In this document: piece after piece, positions 55,844-64,000 of the stretch
Position numbering within the stretch: the stretch's first letter is position 1
How the letters are laid out: each line of letters starts with the position of its first letter
Source of the DNA: an uncultured Actinomycetes bacterium
GTDB taxonomy: Bacteria; Actinomycetota; Thermoleophilia; Solirubrobacterales; Solirubrobacteraceae
Reading direction: 5' to 3'
NCBI GenBank assembly: GCA_963810605.1
Contig: CAWEOF010000002.1
Span: 11,503 to 75,502, forward strand
DNA length: 64,000 nucleotides
Translations under genes and position numbers: made by a program
The notes under the pieces: model-generated
The model's database searches: none
What the model was told of the DNA's origin: nothing
What the model saw: only the letters and a program-made list of their open reading frames with translations

Positions 55844-58161
55844 GGGCGCCCGCGCGCCAGCGCGCGAGCGTTCGCCGCGCGCCCGTCGACGAGCTGTCCG
55901 CCGAGCGCCACCCGCAGGTCGACCGCGCCGACCTCACGCCGCTTGAGCGCAGCCTGCTGTCCGACGTCTTCGCGATCGTCGAGGAGCACGCCGACGCGTC
56001 CGCCGTCGAGATCGACCGCAAGCGCGTCGAGGCGGCGTTCGTCTTCGCCTGCGAGCACCACGCAGACCAGCGCCGCCTGAGCGGCGAGGACTTCATCCAC
56101 CACCCGGTCGGCGTGGCGAAGATCTGCGCGGGCATGCGCCTGGACACCGAGACGCTGTGCGCGGCGCTGCTGCATGACACCGTCGAGGACACGTCGGCGT
56201 CGCTCGCCGAGGTCAAGCACCAGTTCGGCGAGGAGATCGCGAACATCGTCGACGGCGTCACGAAGCTCACCGGGATCGTCTTCCAGTCGCGCGACGAGGC
56301 GCAGGCCGAGAACTACCGCAAGATGATGGTCGCGATGGCCAACGACGTGCGGGTCATCCTCATCAAGCTCGCCGACCGCCTGCACAACATGCGCACGATC
56401 GACGCGATGTCCAAGCAGAAGCAGATCGACAAGGCGAAGGAGACGCTGGAGATCTACGCGCCGATCGCGCACCGGCTCGGCATCCACGCGATCAAGTGGG
56501 AGCTCGAGGACCTCGCATTCGCCGCGCTGCACCCACGCAAGTACCAGGAGATCAAGGGCCTCGTCAACCAGCAGCGCGACGAGCGCGAGCGCTACGTCGA
56601 GAAGGCCGGCGACTACCTCATGCGCGAGCTGCAGGCGCTCGGCATCGACGCCGACATCTCCGGGCGCGCGAAGCACTTCTACTCGATCTACTCGAAGATG
56701 ACCAAGAAGGGCCGCGAGTTCAACGAGATCTACGACCTCACCGCGATGCGCGTGATCGTCGACTCGGTGAAGGACTGCTACGGCGCGGTCGGGGTCGTCC
56801 ACTCGCTCTGGAAGCCGCTGCCCGGGCGCTTCAAGGACTTCATCGCGATGCCGAAGTTCAACATGTACCAGTCGCTGCACACGACGGTCATCGGGCCCGA
56901 AGGCTTGCCGCTCGAGATCCAGATCCGCACGCGCGAGATGCAGGACATGGCGGAGTTCGGCGTCGCCGCGCACTGGATCTACAAGGACGACGGCGGGCGC
57001 AAGGCGGGGCCAGCGGCTGACGGCGAGGCGAAGATCAAGTGGCTGCGCTCGATGCTCGACGAGCAGCGCGACACGAAGGACCCCAAGGAGTTCATGGACG
57101 CGCTCAAGGTCGACCTCTCCGAGGAGGAGGTCTACGTCTTCACGCCCAAGGGCGAGGTCAAGAACCTCGCGGCCGGCGCGACGCCGCTGGACTTCGCCTA
57201 CGAGGTCCACACCGACGTCGGCCACCGCTGCGTCGGCGCGAAGGTCAACGGCAAGATGGTCCCGCTGCACTACGAGCTGAAGTCCGGCGACATCGTCGAG
57301 GTCCTGACCTCGAACCGCGAGCGCGGCCCGTCGCGCGACTGGCTCGCCGTCGTGCACACGACGCGGGCGAAGAACAAGATCAGCCAGTGGTTCAAGTCGC
57401 AGTCGCGCGACGACACGGAGCGCGCCGGCCGCGACATCCTCCACGAGCAGCTCAAGAAGCGCGGCCTGCCGCATCAGAAGATCGTGTCGTCGCCGCTGCT
57501 CGCGGACGTCATCCGCGAGATGGGCTTCAAGAACGGCGCGGACTTCTACATCGCCCTCGGCGGCGCGAAGATCTCCGCGAAGATCGTCGTCGGCAAGGTC
57601 ATGCAACGCCTGAAGCAGGGCGAGGCGGCCGAGGGCGAGCAGCGCACCGCCGCGGAGGACATGCTCTCGACGCGCCGCCAGCGCCGCCAGCCGACGAGCT
57701 CCTCGACGCAGTACGGCATCGCGGTCGAGGGCGTCGACGACGTCATGCTGCGCCTGGCGAAGTGCTGCCGGCCCGTGCCGGGCGACGAGATCGTGGGCTA
57801 CATCTCACTCGGGCGCGGGATCACGATCCACCGCGAGGACTGCCCGAACGCGGTCGCGCTGCGCAAGGATCCCGACCGCTTCACGCCCGTCAGCTGGGAA
57901 GGCGACCATGTGACGGCGTTCAAGGTCGAGCTGCAGGTCGACGCCTGGGATCGCCACCGCCTGCTCGAGGATCTCTCGCGGACGTTCTCCGAGGCGGGCA
58001 TCAACATCGTCGAGGCGCGCTGCGTCGTCTCGCACCCGATGGTCCAGAACTGGTTCGTCGTCGAGGTCGGCGACCTTCAGGTGCTCAAGCACGCGATCAG
58101 CCGCCTGCGCAACATCGACTCGGTCTTCGATTGCTACCGCGTCACGCCGGGCGGCGGCTGA
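55810..58161 (+). CDS. relA: Bifunctional (p)ppGpp synthetase/hydrolase (RelA/SpoT homolog)
   Basis: HD domain (HPVGVA, LLHDTVEDT), synthetase domain (MYQSLHTTV), TGS (VYVFTPKGEV) and a C-terminal ACT-like domain. Confidence 0.95.
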   Translation: MADTPDGKGGVRAPARQRASVRRAPVDELSAERHPQVDRADLTPLERSLLSDVFAIVEEHADASAVEIDRKRVEAAFVFACEHHADQRRLSGEDFIHHPVGVAKICAGMRLDTETLCAALLHDTVEDTSASLAEVKHQFGEEIANIVDGVTKLTGIVFQSRDEAQAENYRKMMVAMANDVRVILIKLADRLHNMRTIDAMSKQKQIDKAKETLEIYAPIAHRLGIHAIKWELEDLAFAALHPRKYQEIKGLVNQQRDERERYVEKAGDYLMRELQALGIDADISGRAKHFYSIYSKMTKKGREFNEIYDLTAMRVIVDSVKDCYGAVGVVHSLWKPLPGRFKDFIAMPKFNMYQSLHTTVIGPEGLPLEIQIRTREMQDMAEFGVAAHWIYKDDGGRKAGPAADGEAKIKWLRSMLDEQRDTKDPKEFMDALKVDLSEEEVYVFTPKGEVKNLAAGATPLDFAYEVHTDVGHRCVGAKVNGKMVPLHYELKSGDIVEVLTSNRERGPSRDWLAVVHTTRAKNKISQWFKSQSRDDTERAGRDILHEQLKKRGLPHQKIVSSPLLADVIREMGFKNGADFYIALGGAKISAKIVVGKVMQRLKQGEAAEGEQRTAAEDMLSTRRQRRQPTSSSTQYGIAVEGVDDVMLRLAKCCRPVPGDEIVGYISLGRGITIHREDCPNAVALRKDPDRFTPVSWEGDHVTAFKVELQVDAWDRHRLLEDLSRTFSEAGINIVEARCVVSHPMVQNWFVVEVGDLQVLKHAISRLRNIDSVFDCYRVTPGGG

Positions 58162-58174
58162 GCCGGGTTCAGCG

Positions 58175-58729
58175 CTACGTCAGCTTCCGGCCGTTGCGCG
58201 CCTGCAGGGGGCGCAAGTTGCCGTTCACGATCGAACGCAGGGTGGCGAGCTGTGCGCGCGACGCCGTGATCTGCGAGGCGAGGACGTGCCAGCGCAGCCC
58301 TTCGGTGCACGGCGTCGTCAGTGAGCCGCTGTAGCGCCACGCGCGTCGCGAAGCGGGCATGAGGTCCACGGGGTTGACCTTGCTCTTCACGAGCACGGAG
58401 TCACCCTTGGCCTTTGGCAGGGAGGCGATCAGCCGCCCGAACGCACCGCTGGCGGCACCGGCCTTCACCAGGACGCCGACGACCGCGATCGACTTGTCGG
58501 CCGACCCGAGGACGAAGTGGATCTCCAGCGGGGACCGCCGACCGACGATGTGCTCGAACTTCATGTGGAAGTGAAACTGCGCGCACTTGTAGCGATCCGT
58601 GCCGGCGAGGAGGGTCTGGGTGCGATCGGAGCTGACCTCGATCGTGTGGCCCGTATGGAGCTCGGTCAGCGGGCTGCGGCGTAGCGGGTGGAGATCCGAA
58701 AGAGTCAGCCGTGTCGATCCCCTTCGTGT
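58175..58729 (-). pseudogene. Alpha-carbonic anhydrase relic lacking the N-terminal third
   Basis: HTGHTIEV...YKCAQFHFHMKFEHIVGRRSPLEIHFV...WRYSGSLTTPCTEGLRWHVL...NLRPLQARNGR carries the alpha-CA zinc-His motifs. There is no ATG/GTG/TTG between the upstream in-frame stop (58730-58732) and the internal ATG 58564, and no signal peptide or QSPI region. Confidence 0.6.
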
Positions 58730-58994
58730 TCAAAACGCCCGTTTCACACGTCCGTGAGGCGCGAACCTGCGCCCGCCCGACCACGCGTGTCAAGCCGACG
58801 ACAGCGGCGAGCCGCTCGACATGTCCGCGGCGCTCGCCCGTCGGTCACAACGCGGTCACTCGATCCTGCCGTCCGGGCCATATGGACACGGCAATCGACG
58901 GCGTACCATCGACTGCGGATTTCGCGGGGGCCTGCCATGCCGCGCGGTCTTTCTCACGCCCTTGGATGGCTACCCATACGACGGAAGGCACTGA

Positions 58995-59783
58995 GTGTCC
59001 ACAACCGTCCCGCTGATCGAGCTGATCCCCGACACATCTGCCGCCGAGCAGCTCGTCGCCGACGCATACGCCATCGATGCATCGTTCGAGGACGCCGAGC
59101 GCGTTCGCGACTCGGTGCCGCTGTGGTTTCACACCTTCGCGCTCGCACCCGGCGTCTACACGCCCGGCATCGCGCGCGACCATGGATACCGCCTCGCATC
59201 ACTCGAGCACGAACGCTTCGCCGGCCGCAGCGTGCTCGATGTCGGCGCGTTCGACGGGTTCTACTCGTTCCTCGCGGAGCGGCGTGGCGCACGGCGGGTC
59301 GTCGCGGTCGAGAACGAGCAGTACGTCGAATGGGTCGGCGCGCGGTTCGGCATCGAGCTGCCGCCGCGGGCTGGCTTCGACGCGATCGCCGCGCTGACGC
59401 GGTCGCAGGTCGACTACCACAAGATGGACGGCTTCGACGTGCGCGACCTCGGCGAGCGCTTCGACGTCGTGCTGTGCTTCGGGATCCTGCACCGGGTCAC
59501 CGACCCGATCGCGTTTCTGCAGACGTTCGCGGACGTCCTGGAGCCCGGCGGGGAGGTCGTCCTCGAGACGTACGGGTCGACACTTGACCCCGACACGCCC
59601 GCGCTCGAGCTGCGCGAGCCAGGCGACGTCTACGCCCGCGACGACTTCACCTACTGGGGCTTCCCGGCCGAGGGCCTGCGGAGGCTCGGGAGGATCGTCG
59701 GCCTCGAGGACGTCGAGATCGTCGAGGAGGTCGTGGTCGACGGCCACCCGCGGATCGTCGCCGTGCTGCGAGCCGCGGTCTGA
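58995..59783 (+). CDS. Class I SAM-dependent methyltransferase (CmoB/DUF1698-like)
   Basis: WFHTFALAPGVYTPG, VLDVGAFDGFYSF, DVVLCFGILHRVTDP and LEPGGEVVLETY. GTG start. Confidence 0.75.
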   Translation: MSTTVPLIELIPDTSAAEQLVADAYAIDASFEDAERVRDSVPLWFHTFALAPGVYTPGIARDHGYRLASLEHERFAGRSVLDVGAFDGFYSFLAERRGARRVVAVENEQYVEWVGARFGIELPPRAGFDAIAALTRSQVDYHKMDGFDVRDLGERFDVVLCFGILHRVTDPIAFLQTFADVLEPGGEVVLETYGSTLDPDTPALELREPGDVYARDDFTYWGFPAEGLRRLGRIVGLEDVEIVEEVVVDGHPRIVAVLRAAV

Positions 59784-59862
59784 CGGGCGCCGCGGTCTGA
59801 TGGCCGCCGCGGTCTGATGGGCCGCCGCGGTCTCATGGCCGCCGCGGTCTGACGGCCGCCGC
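59770..59862. repeat. Tandem array of 17-18 bp units (5 copies) beginning with the last codons and stop of the methyltransferase gene
   Basis: The CCGCGGTCTGA core occurs at 59773, 59790, 59807, 59825 (TCA variant) and 59842. The array fills the convergent gap before the GDPD gene. Confidence 0.9.
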
Positions 59863-59872
59863 CCGACCCGGC

Positions 59873-60622
59873 TCAGGCGGCCATCGCCTGCGCGGCAAGC
59901 TCGCCGCGCAGGGCCGCGGGCCGGTCGGTCGTGATCGCGTCGACGCCGAGTCCGGCGGCACGCAGCGCCAGCTCGGCGTCGTTGATCGTCCCGGTGCTCA
60001 CGCTCAGCCCATATGCGCACAGACGCGATATGAGCTCGGCGTGCAGGAGGAAATGCTCGATGCAGACGCCGCCGACGCCTGCGCGCCGCGCCCAGCGTCC
60101 GAGCGCATCCGGCGCATAGTCGGCCCACGCCACGAGGCGCGTGCGCAGGCCGCGCCGAGCGGCCTCCTCGCAGGCAGCGACCTGGAACGACAGCACCTCG
60201 ACGCGCTCGCGCTCGGACCGCCGGCGAAGGGTCCGCGCCAGCGCGACCGCCGTGGCGCGTGCGAGGACGGGGTCGCCGTAGGCCTTCACCTCGACCTGCA
60301 CGACGAGGCCGTCGGGCACGGCGTCCAGCAGCTCGTCGAGCAGCATCGGGGTCTCGTCCGTCGGGGCCCCGTCGCGGTCCAGCAGCCGCGCGGCGCACAG
60401 GACGCTCCACGGCGTGCGGTGTGCCCAGCCGCCCGCCGTCGTGCAGCTGCCGAGGTTCGGGTCGTGCAGCAGCGCCAGCCGCCCGTCAGCCGTCAGGCAG
60501 ACGTCGGTCTCCAAGCCGTCGACGGGACCCGCCAGCGTCGCGCGCAGAGCCGCGCGCGAGTTGTCGGGACCGGGCGCGCGGCCGAGGCGGTGGGCATAGA
60601 GCGCGGGGAGGCCGTCGTGCAT
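59873..60622 (-). CDS. Glycerophosphodiester phosphodiesterase family protein
   Basis: YAHRLGRAPGPDNSRAAL, GLETDVCLTADGRLALLHD and the C-terminal ITDRP. Internal ATG 60622. Confidence 0.75.
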   Translation of the reverse strand: MHDGLPALYAHRLGRAPGPDNSRAALRATLAGPVDGLETDVCLTADGRLALLHDPNLGSCTTAGGWAHRTPWSVLCAARLLDRDGAPTDETPMLLDELLDAVPDGLVVQVEVKAYGDPVLARATAVALARTLRRRSERERVEVLSFQVAACEEAARRGLRTRLVAWADYAPDALGRWARRAGVGGVCIEHFLLHAELISRLCAYGLSVSTGTINDAELALRAAGLGVDAITTDRPAALRGELAAQAMAA

Positions 60623-60904
60623 CGCCCGCAGGCTCGCGCGCGCGCTGCGCCCGGGCGTGACCCGGCTGTGACGACGACGTGGCGATCCTGTTACCGCCGC
60701 CGCCGGCGGCGGGCGGCGGCCGGTGGCGATCCGGCGCGCGGCGTCAGGGCGCCCAGGTCGGGGTGTGCCCCGCTCTGTCGCAGCCCAGCCGGTCCTCCCG
60801 TCGGCATGCCGCCCTGTCCCGGTTGCCCGAGCGACGTCGATCACCCGCTGACAGTGCTCCACTGCGCACTCGTGGCGCTCGAGCACCGCCTCCGCCCATC
60901 CTTT

Positions 60905-61480
60905 CTACTCCCGCCCGGAGGACATGCTTCGCCGGGCCGAGGAGGCACGCCAAGAAGCGGCGCGTCTCGGTGCCCGAAGCGGCCGGCTGGACCGCAGCCG
61001 CAGCGCGCTGCGCGACGTCTCGGGGAGGACCCGCAGGGCGGATGCGTACCAGCGCGCCGCAAGCGCCGGCGCGCGCTTAGCGCTCTTCTTGCGCAAGGGC
61101 TGGTGCGCGTGCGGACACGAGGGTCCGAAGGCGGGGAACGCGGTTGCCAGCTCGCTCTCCAGGCCGGCTCCCAGCGCGGCGAGGTGGTCGCGGTCCAGCG
61201 ACATGAGCCAGTCGTCCAGCCCGAAGGGTCCCTCGCCCTCGAACTCGGCCGCTCGCCCGGACAGCTCGAGGTGGCCACGCGCCCGGGACTGCGCCGGCAG
61301 CTCATCGAGGAGCCGGCTCCTGCCGATGCCGGCTCGCCGGCAACTGCAAGATCCTGGCGCGCCCGGCTTGATCCAGTGCGTCGAGGGAGTTCGCGAACAC
61401 CCCAGCTCGCGTTCGCGGCCAACCAGCGGCTGTCTTGTCGAACAACACGACCCCCGTATTCCCCCGACACGGCACGTTTG
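60905..61480 (-). pseudogene. Decayed N-terminal fragment of an AAA_16/LuxR-type large ATPase regulator
   Basis: The consensus-like string LVGRERELG / VFANSLDALDQAGRARILQ / VAGEP / GIGRSRLLDEL...SGRAAEFEGEGPFGL can be read only by switching among all three frames within about 100 nt. The remainder is far too short for this family. Confidence 0.5.
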
Positions 61481-61554
61481 CACCAAGACGGTGCTCAGCT
61501 CTACGAGCAGGCACGCCGATCCCACCTGTCCATTTCTCATGCGCGGGGAGTCCG

Positions 61555-63552
61555 TCACCCGGGTGTGTCCAGTGCAGCGCGAGCGATCTCGGACGCCGAG
61601 ACGTCATGGCCGCGTGACAGCACGCGCCGCGTCTCGGCGATCAGCGGATCGCGGGGGTTCACAGCGGCGGCTGTGCGAACGAGCGCCAGCGCCTGCGCGC
61701 GCTGGTCGCGCGGCGTGAGGATGGCGAGCTGGAGCAGTGGGAACCACGCCCTGCGATCGCGCGCATGCGCGTCGGCGAAGGCGCGTCGCGCCGCGGCGTG
61801 GTCGCGCGCGCGAAGCTCGAGCAACGCGAGGACCAGCGGCGGACGGCCCGACAGAGGTGCCCATCTCTGGGCGCGGTGCAGGTCCGCACGCGCTTGCGCC
61901 GGATGTGAGGCCTCGCGGGCCTCGGCGCGCTGCACGAGTTGCTCGGCCACGGCCAGCGGCACGGCTGCCGCGGCCGATGCCAGCACGATGACGGCCGCTG
62001 CAACGCGCAAGTGTCGCGTGCGCCGCGCCGGCCCGCCGGGTGCCGTGGTCGCCGCCGGTGCACCGGGTGCCGCGGTCGCCGCCGGCCCACCGGGTGTCGC
62101 GATCGCCGCGCCCGCCAAGCCCAGCGCCGGGACCGCGAGGCCCGGGAAGGCGAAGCTCCAGTCACCGCTGGCGTGCAGCAGCAGGGCGGCGAGCGGCGCG
62201 GCGGCCGCGAGCAGCAGGCCGGCGTCGGCGATCTCACGACCGAGCAGGCGTCGCCGCAGCGCGATGGCGAACGCCACGACGAAGACGAGCAGCGCCCCCA
62301 GGCCGGGGAGCCCGAGCTCCGCGGCGGCCCCGAGCCACAGCTGGTGCGCGTACAACGGCGCGCGCAGCGTGCGCCGCTCCGCGAAGTACGTCTGGACGAA
62401 CGAACCCGCCCCCGTCCCGCGCAGCGGCGCGCGCGCGGTCGCGACCACCGCCACCCGCCAGTAGTCGTAGCGGTTCGAGCCGAGCCCGCCCTGAAAGCGC
62501 GAGTCGCCCGATTCGACGCGGTGGTAGTCGGGCGTCTTGAAGTCGCGCAGCTGCGCGCCGGCCCACGCGGCGGGACGGCCGCCGGAGACAGCGAGGGTGA
62601 CCGCGACCGTCCCGACCAGCACCGCGGCGTAGCTCGCGCGGCGCATCCGGTCGCGCTGGCGTGGCGAAGGGGGCGCGACGCGGATGCGCCGTTCGGCCAG
62701 CGCCCACCCGGCGCCGGCGACGGCGAGGACCGCGGCGATCGCGCCGATCGCCGCGACGGCTTGCCCGACCGCGGCGGTCGCGGCGCCACCTTCGGCCAGG
62801 GCATGGAGGTCGAGCAGGGCGCGGCGCTGCCACGCGAGGACCATGAGGACGCACGCGCCGGCTGCGGCGAGGCGCAGCCGCGCGGGGCAGACGAGCACGG
62901 CGCCGATGCCCACGACCGCCGCGATGATCAGGATGCCGCGGCTCTGCGTCAGCACGGCGCCGGCCGCGAGCGCGCCGGCCGCGGCCAGGCCGAGACCGCG
63001 CTGCCACATCGACGCGCGCGGCAGCGCGGCGAGCATCACGGCCGGCAGGGCGCCCATCAGCAGCAGGACGGCGGTCGCGTTCGGATACGTGGTGGGGTCG
63101 CTGAGGCGCCCGTCGACGAGGACGCCGTGGCGGGCCCGCAACAGCCCGAGGGCAAGGGCCGCGAGCACGACGGCGATCCACAGGACGACCCCGGCCTTGA
63201 CCGCGCGCAACGACGGCGGCCACAGCAGCGGCAGCGCGAATGCCAGCGCGTACAGCAGCGCACGCTCGCTCCACAGCCATGCTTGGCCGCGGTCCGACGC
63301 GACGAGCATGGACAGCGCGCTGAGTGCGGCGTACGCGCCGAGTGCCGCGGCCGCGACGCCGGCGGGGCCACGCAGCGCAGGACCCGGAACCAGCAGCAGC
63401 GCGACGGCGGTCGCGAGCGCGAGCGCGACGAGCCCGGTGATCCACACGGGCGAGGGGTAGCCGCCGCGGTCCAGCGCCCACCACGCCCACAGCGGGGTGG
63501 CAAGTAGCAGCCCGCCGCCGTGCGATACAGCGGCGGCGAGCCGCCGGGTCAT
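61555..63552 (-). CDS. O-antigen ligase/polymerase-like (Wzy_C) membrane protein with C-terminal TPR-like domain
   Basis: More than 10 TM helices, including the LTQSRGILIIAAVVG segment typical of Wzy_C. The C-terminal 170 aa are helical-repeat-like (AQARADLHRAQRWAP...). Confidence 0.6.
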   Translation of the reverse strand: MTRRLAAAVSHGGGLLLATPLWAWWALDRGGYPSPVWITGLVALALATAVALLLVPGPALRGPAGVAAAALGAYAALSALSMLVASDRGQAWLWSERALLYALAFALPLLWPPSLRAVKAGVVLWIAVVLAALALGLLRARHGVLVDGRLSDPTTYPNATAVLLLMGALPAVMLAALPRASMWQRGLGLAAAGALAAGAVLTQSRGILIIAAVVGIGAVLVCPARLRLAAAGACVLMVLAWQRRALLDLHALAEGGAATAAVGQAVAAIGAIAAVLAVAGAGWALAERRIRVAPPSPRQRDRMRRASYAAVLVGTVAVTLAVSGGRPAAWAGAQLRDFKTPDYHRVESGDSRFQGGLGSNRYDYWRVAVVATARAPLRGTGAGSFVQTYFAERRTLRAPLYAHQLWLGAAAELGLPGLGALLVFVVAFAIALRRRLLGREIADAGLLLAAAAPLAALLLHASGDWSFAFPGLAVPALGLAGAAIATPGGPAATAAPGAPAATTAPGGPARRTRHLRVAAAVIVLASAAAAVPLAVAEQLVQRAEAREASHPAQARADLHRAQRWAPLSGRPPLVLALLELRARDHAAARRAFADAHARDRRAWFPLLQLAILTPRDQRAQALALVRTAAAVNPRDPLIAETRRVLSRGHDVSASEIARAALDTPG

Positions 63553-64000
63553 CGCACGGGTCGCCAGCGAACGTCCTGGCGCCCGCGCAGCGCGCGGATC
63601 ACCCCGCGGGCCGTGGCGAGGTTGCCGAGCACGAACTGACCTGCCGCGCGCGAGACCGGTTGGAGGCGGCCCGGTGCACGGACTCCCGCGATGTCGAGCA
63701 CTCCGACGGAGTAGCCCGCGAGCTGCGCGGTCGCGGCGGCCCGGTACGCCGGTCGCCTGCCGGCGGCGACGGATCCGGCCAGCGCGCCGAGGAGCGCGAA
63801 CGGCAGGGCGAGCCGGCCGAACTTGTGCGACACGAGCCGCCAGCGAAAGCCCATCGGCAGATCGCGAAGCTCGCCCGCGAGCAGCGCGCGCCCGGCGGTG
63901 ATGCGGGCGCGCCGCTCAAGCTCCGCACCGGCACGCAGCACGCCCTGCATCGAGGTGGCCCGCGGTTCGTAGACGACCCGCCCGCCGGCGCGCACGAGCC
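63549..64000 (-). CDS. Membrane-anchored glycosyltransferase (GT2-type), C-terminal part; gene runs off the right edge
   Basis: GGRVVYEPRA... followed by TM segments. The stop overlaps the next ATG (ATGA). The frame is open to the window end. Confidence 0.55.
   Translation of the reverse strand, partial: LVRAGGRVVYEPRATSMQGVLRAGAELERRARITAGRALLAGELRDLPMGFRWRLVSHKFGRLALPFALLGALAGSVAAGRRPAYRAAATAQLAGYSVGVLDIAGVRAPGRLQPVSRAAGQFVLGNLATARGVIRALRGRQDVRWRPVR

Noticed and set aside
58845-59183. Minus-strand ORF that might hold the missing N-terminus of the carbonic anhydrase relic (..AAWQAPAKSAVDGTPSIAVSI..).
   Set aside because: The resemblance to the W...C..G..QSPI region is weak, and the spacing does not fit. 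Most of the ORF is antisense to the well-supported methyltransferase at 58995..59783.
1-64000. Search for tRNA, rRNA, tmRNA, RNase P RNA, transposases, integrases, phage genes and toxin-antitoxin or defence cassettes.
   Set aside because: I saw no T-loop or acceptor-type tRNA signatures, no rRNA-like conserved blocks, and no DDE, tyrosine-recombinase or serine-recombinase motifs in any credible ORF. Absence was judged by eye only. tRNAscan, Infernal and HMM scans would be needed to confirm it.

Overview
Very GC-rich actinobacterial-type chromosomal DNA. G/C sits at almost every third codon position, so all six frames carry long spurious ORFs. I accepted an ORF only when its translation shows recognisable family motifs, or clean codon bias plus sensible context. 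About 60 genes are supportable. The backbone is a conserved housekeeping block: pdxS-pdxT (12.8-14.3 kb), then yebC-ruvC-ruvA-ruvB-secDF-recJ-relA/spoT (41.5-58.2 kb). Envelope-glycan and accessory genes lie around and inside it. (i) 0.8-8.8 kb is a sulfation module: cysNC, two sulfotransferases, a PHP phosphoesterase, two glycosyltransferases and two methyltransferases. (ii) 14.3-41.5 kb is a block of roughly 27 kb between pdxT and yebC. It carries proline catabolism genes, GT4/GT-C/GT2/flippase genes, a crcB pair, an M14 carboxypeptidase with a coupled small ORF, a GT2 plus acetyltransferase, three tandem paralogous SGNH hydrolases interleaved with methyltransferases, an RTX-repeat protein, an MBL hydrolase and a phosphomannomutase. 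(iii) 58-64 kb holds two decayed gene relics, a methyltransferase, a GDPD esterase, an O-antigen-ligase-like protein and a GT2. I recognised no rRNA, tRNA, CRISPR array, transposase or integrase. The most unusual observations are: the self-contained sulfation module lacking cysD; a separately encoded propeptide-like ORF coupled to the M14 peptidase; the triplicated Cys-rich SGNH proteins; two tandem arrays of short GC palindromes starting exactly at stop codons; a 48-nt start-codon-spanning hairpin present twice; and recJ carrying two tandem-repeat insertions, the second with an apparent +1 frameshift. All calls come from motif recognition by eye with no database search, and start codons are approximate.
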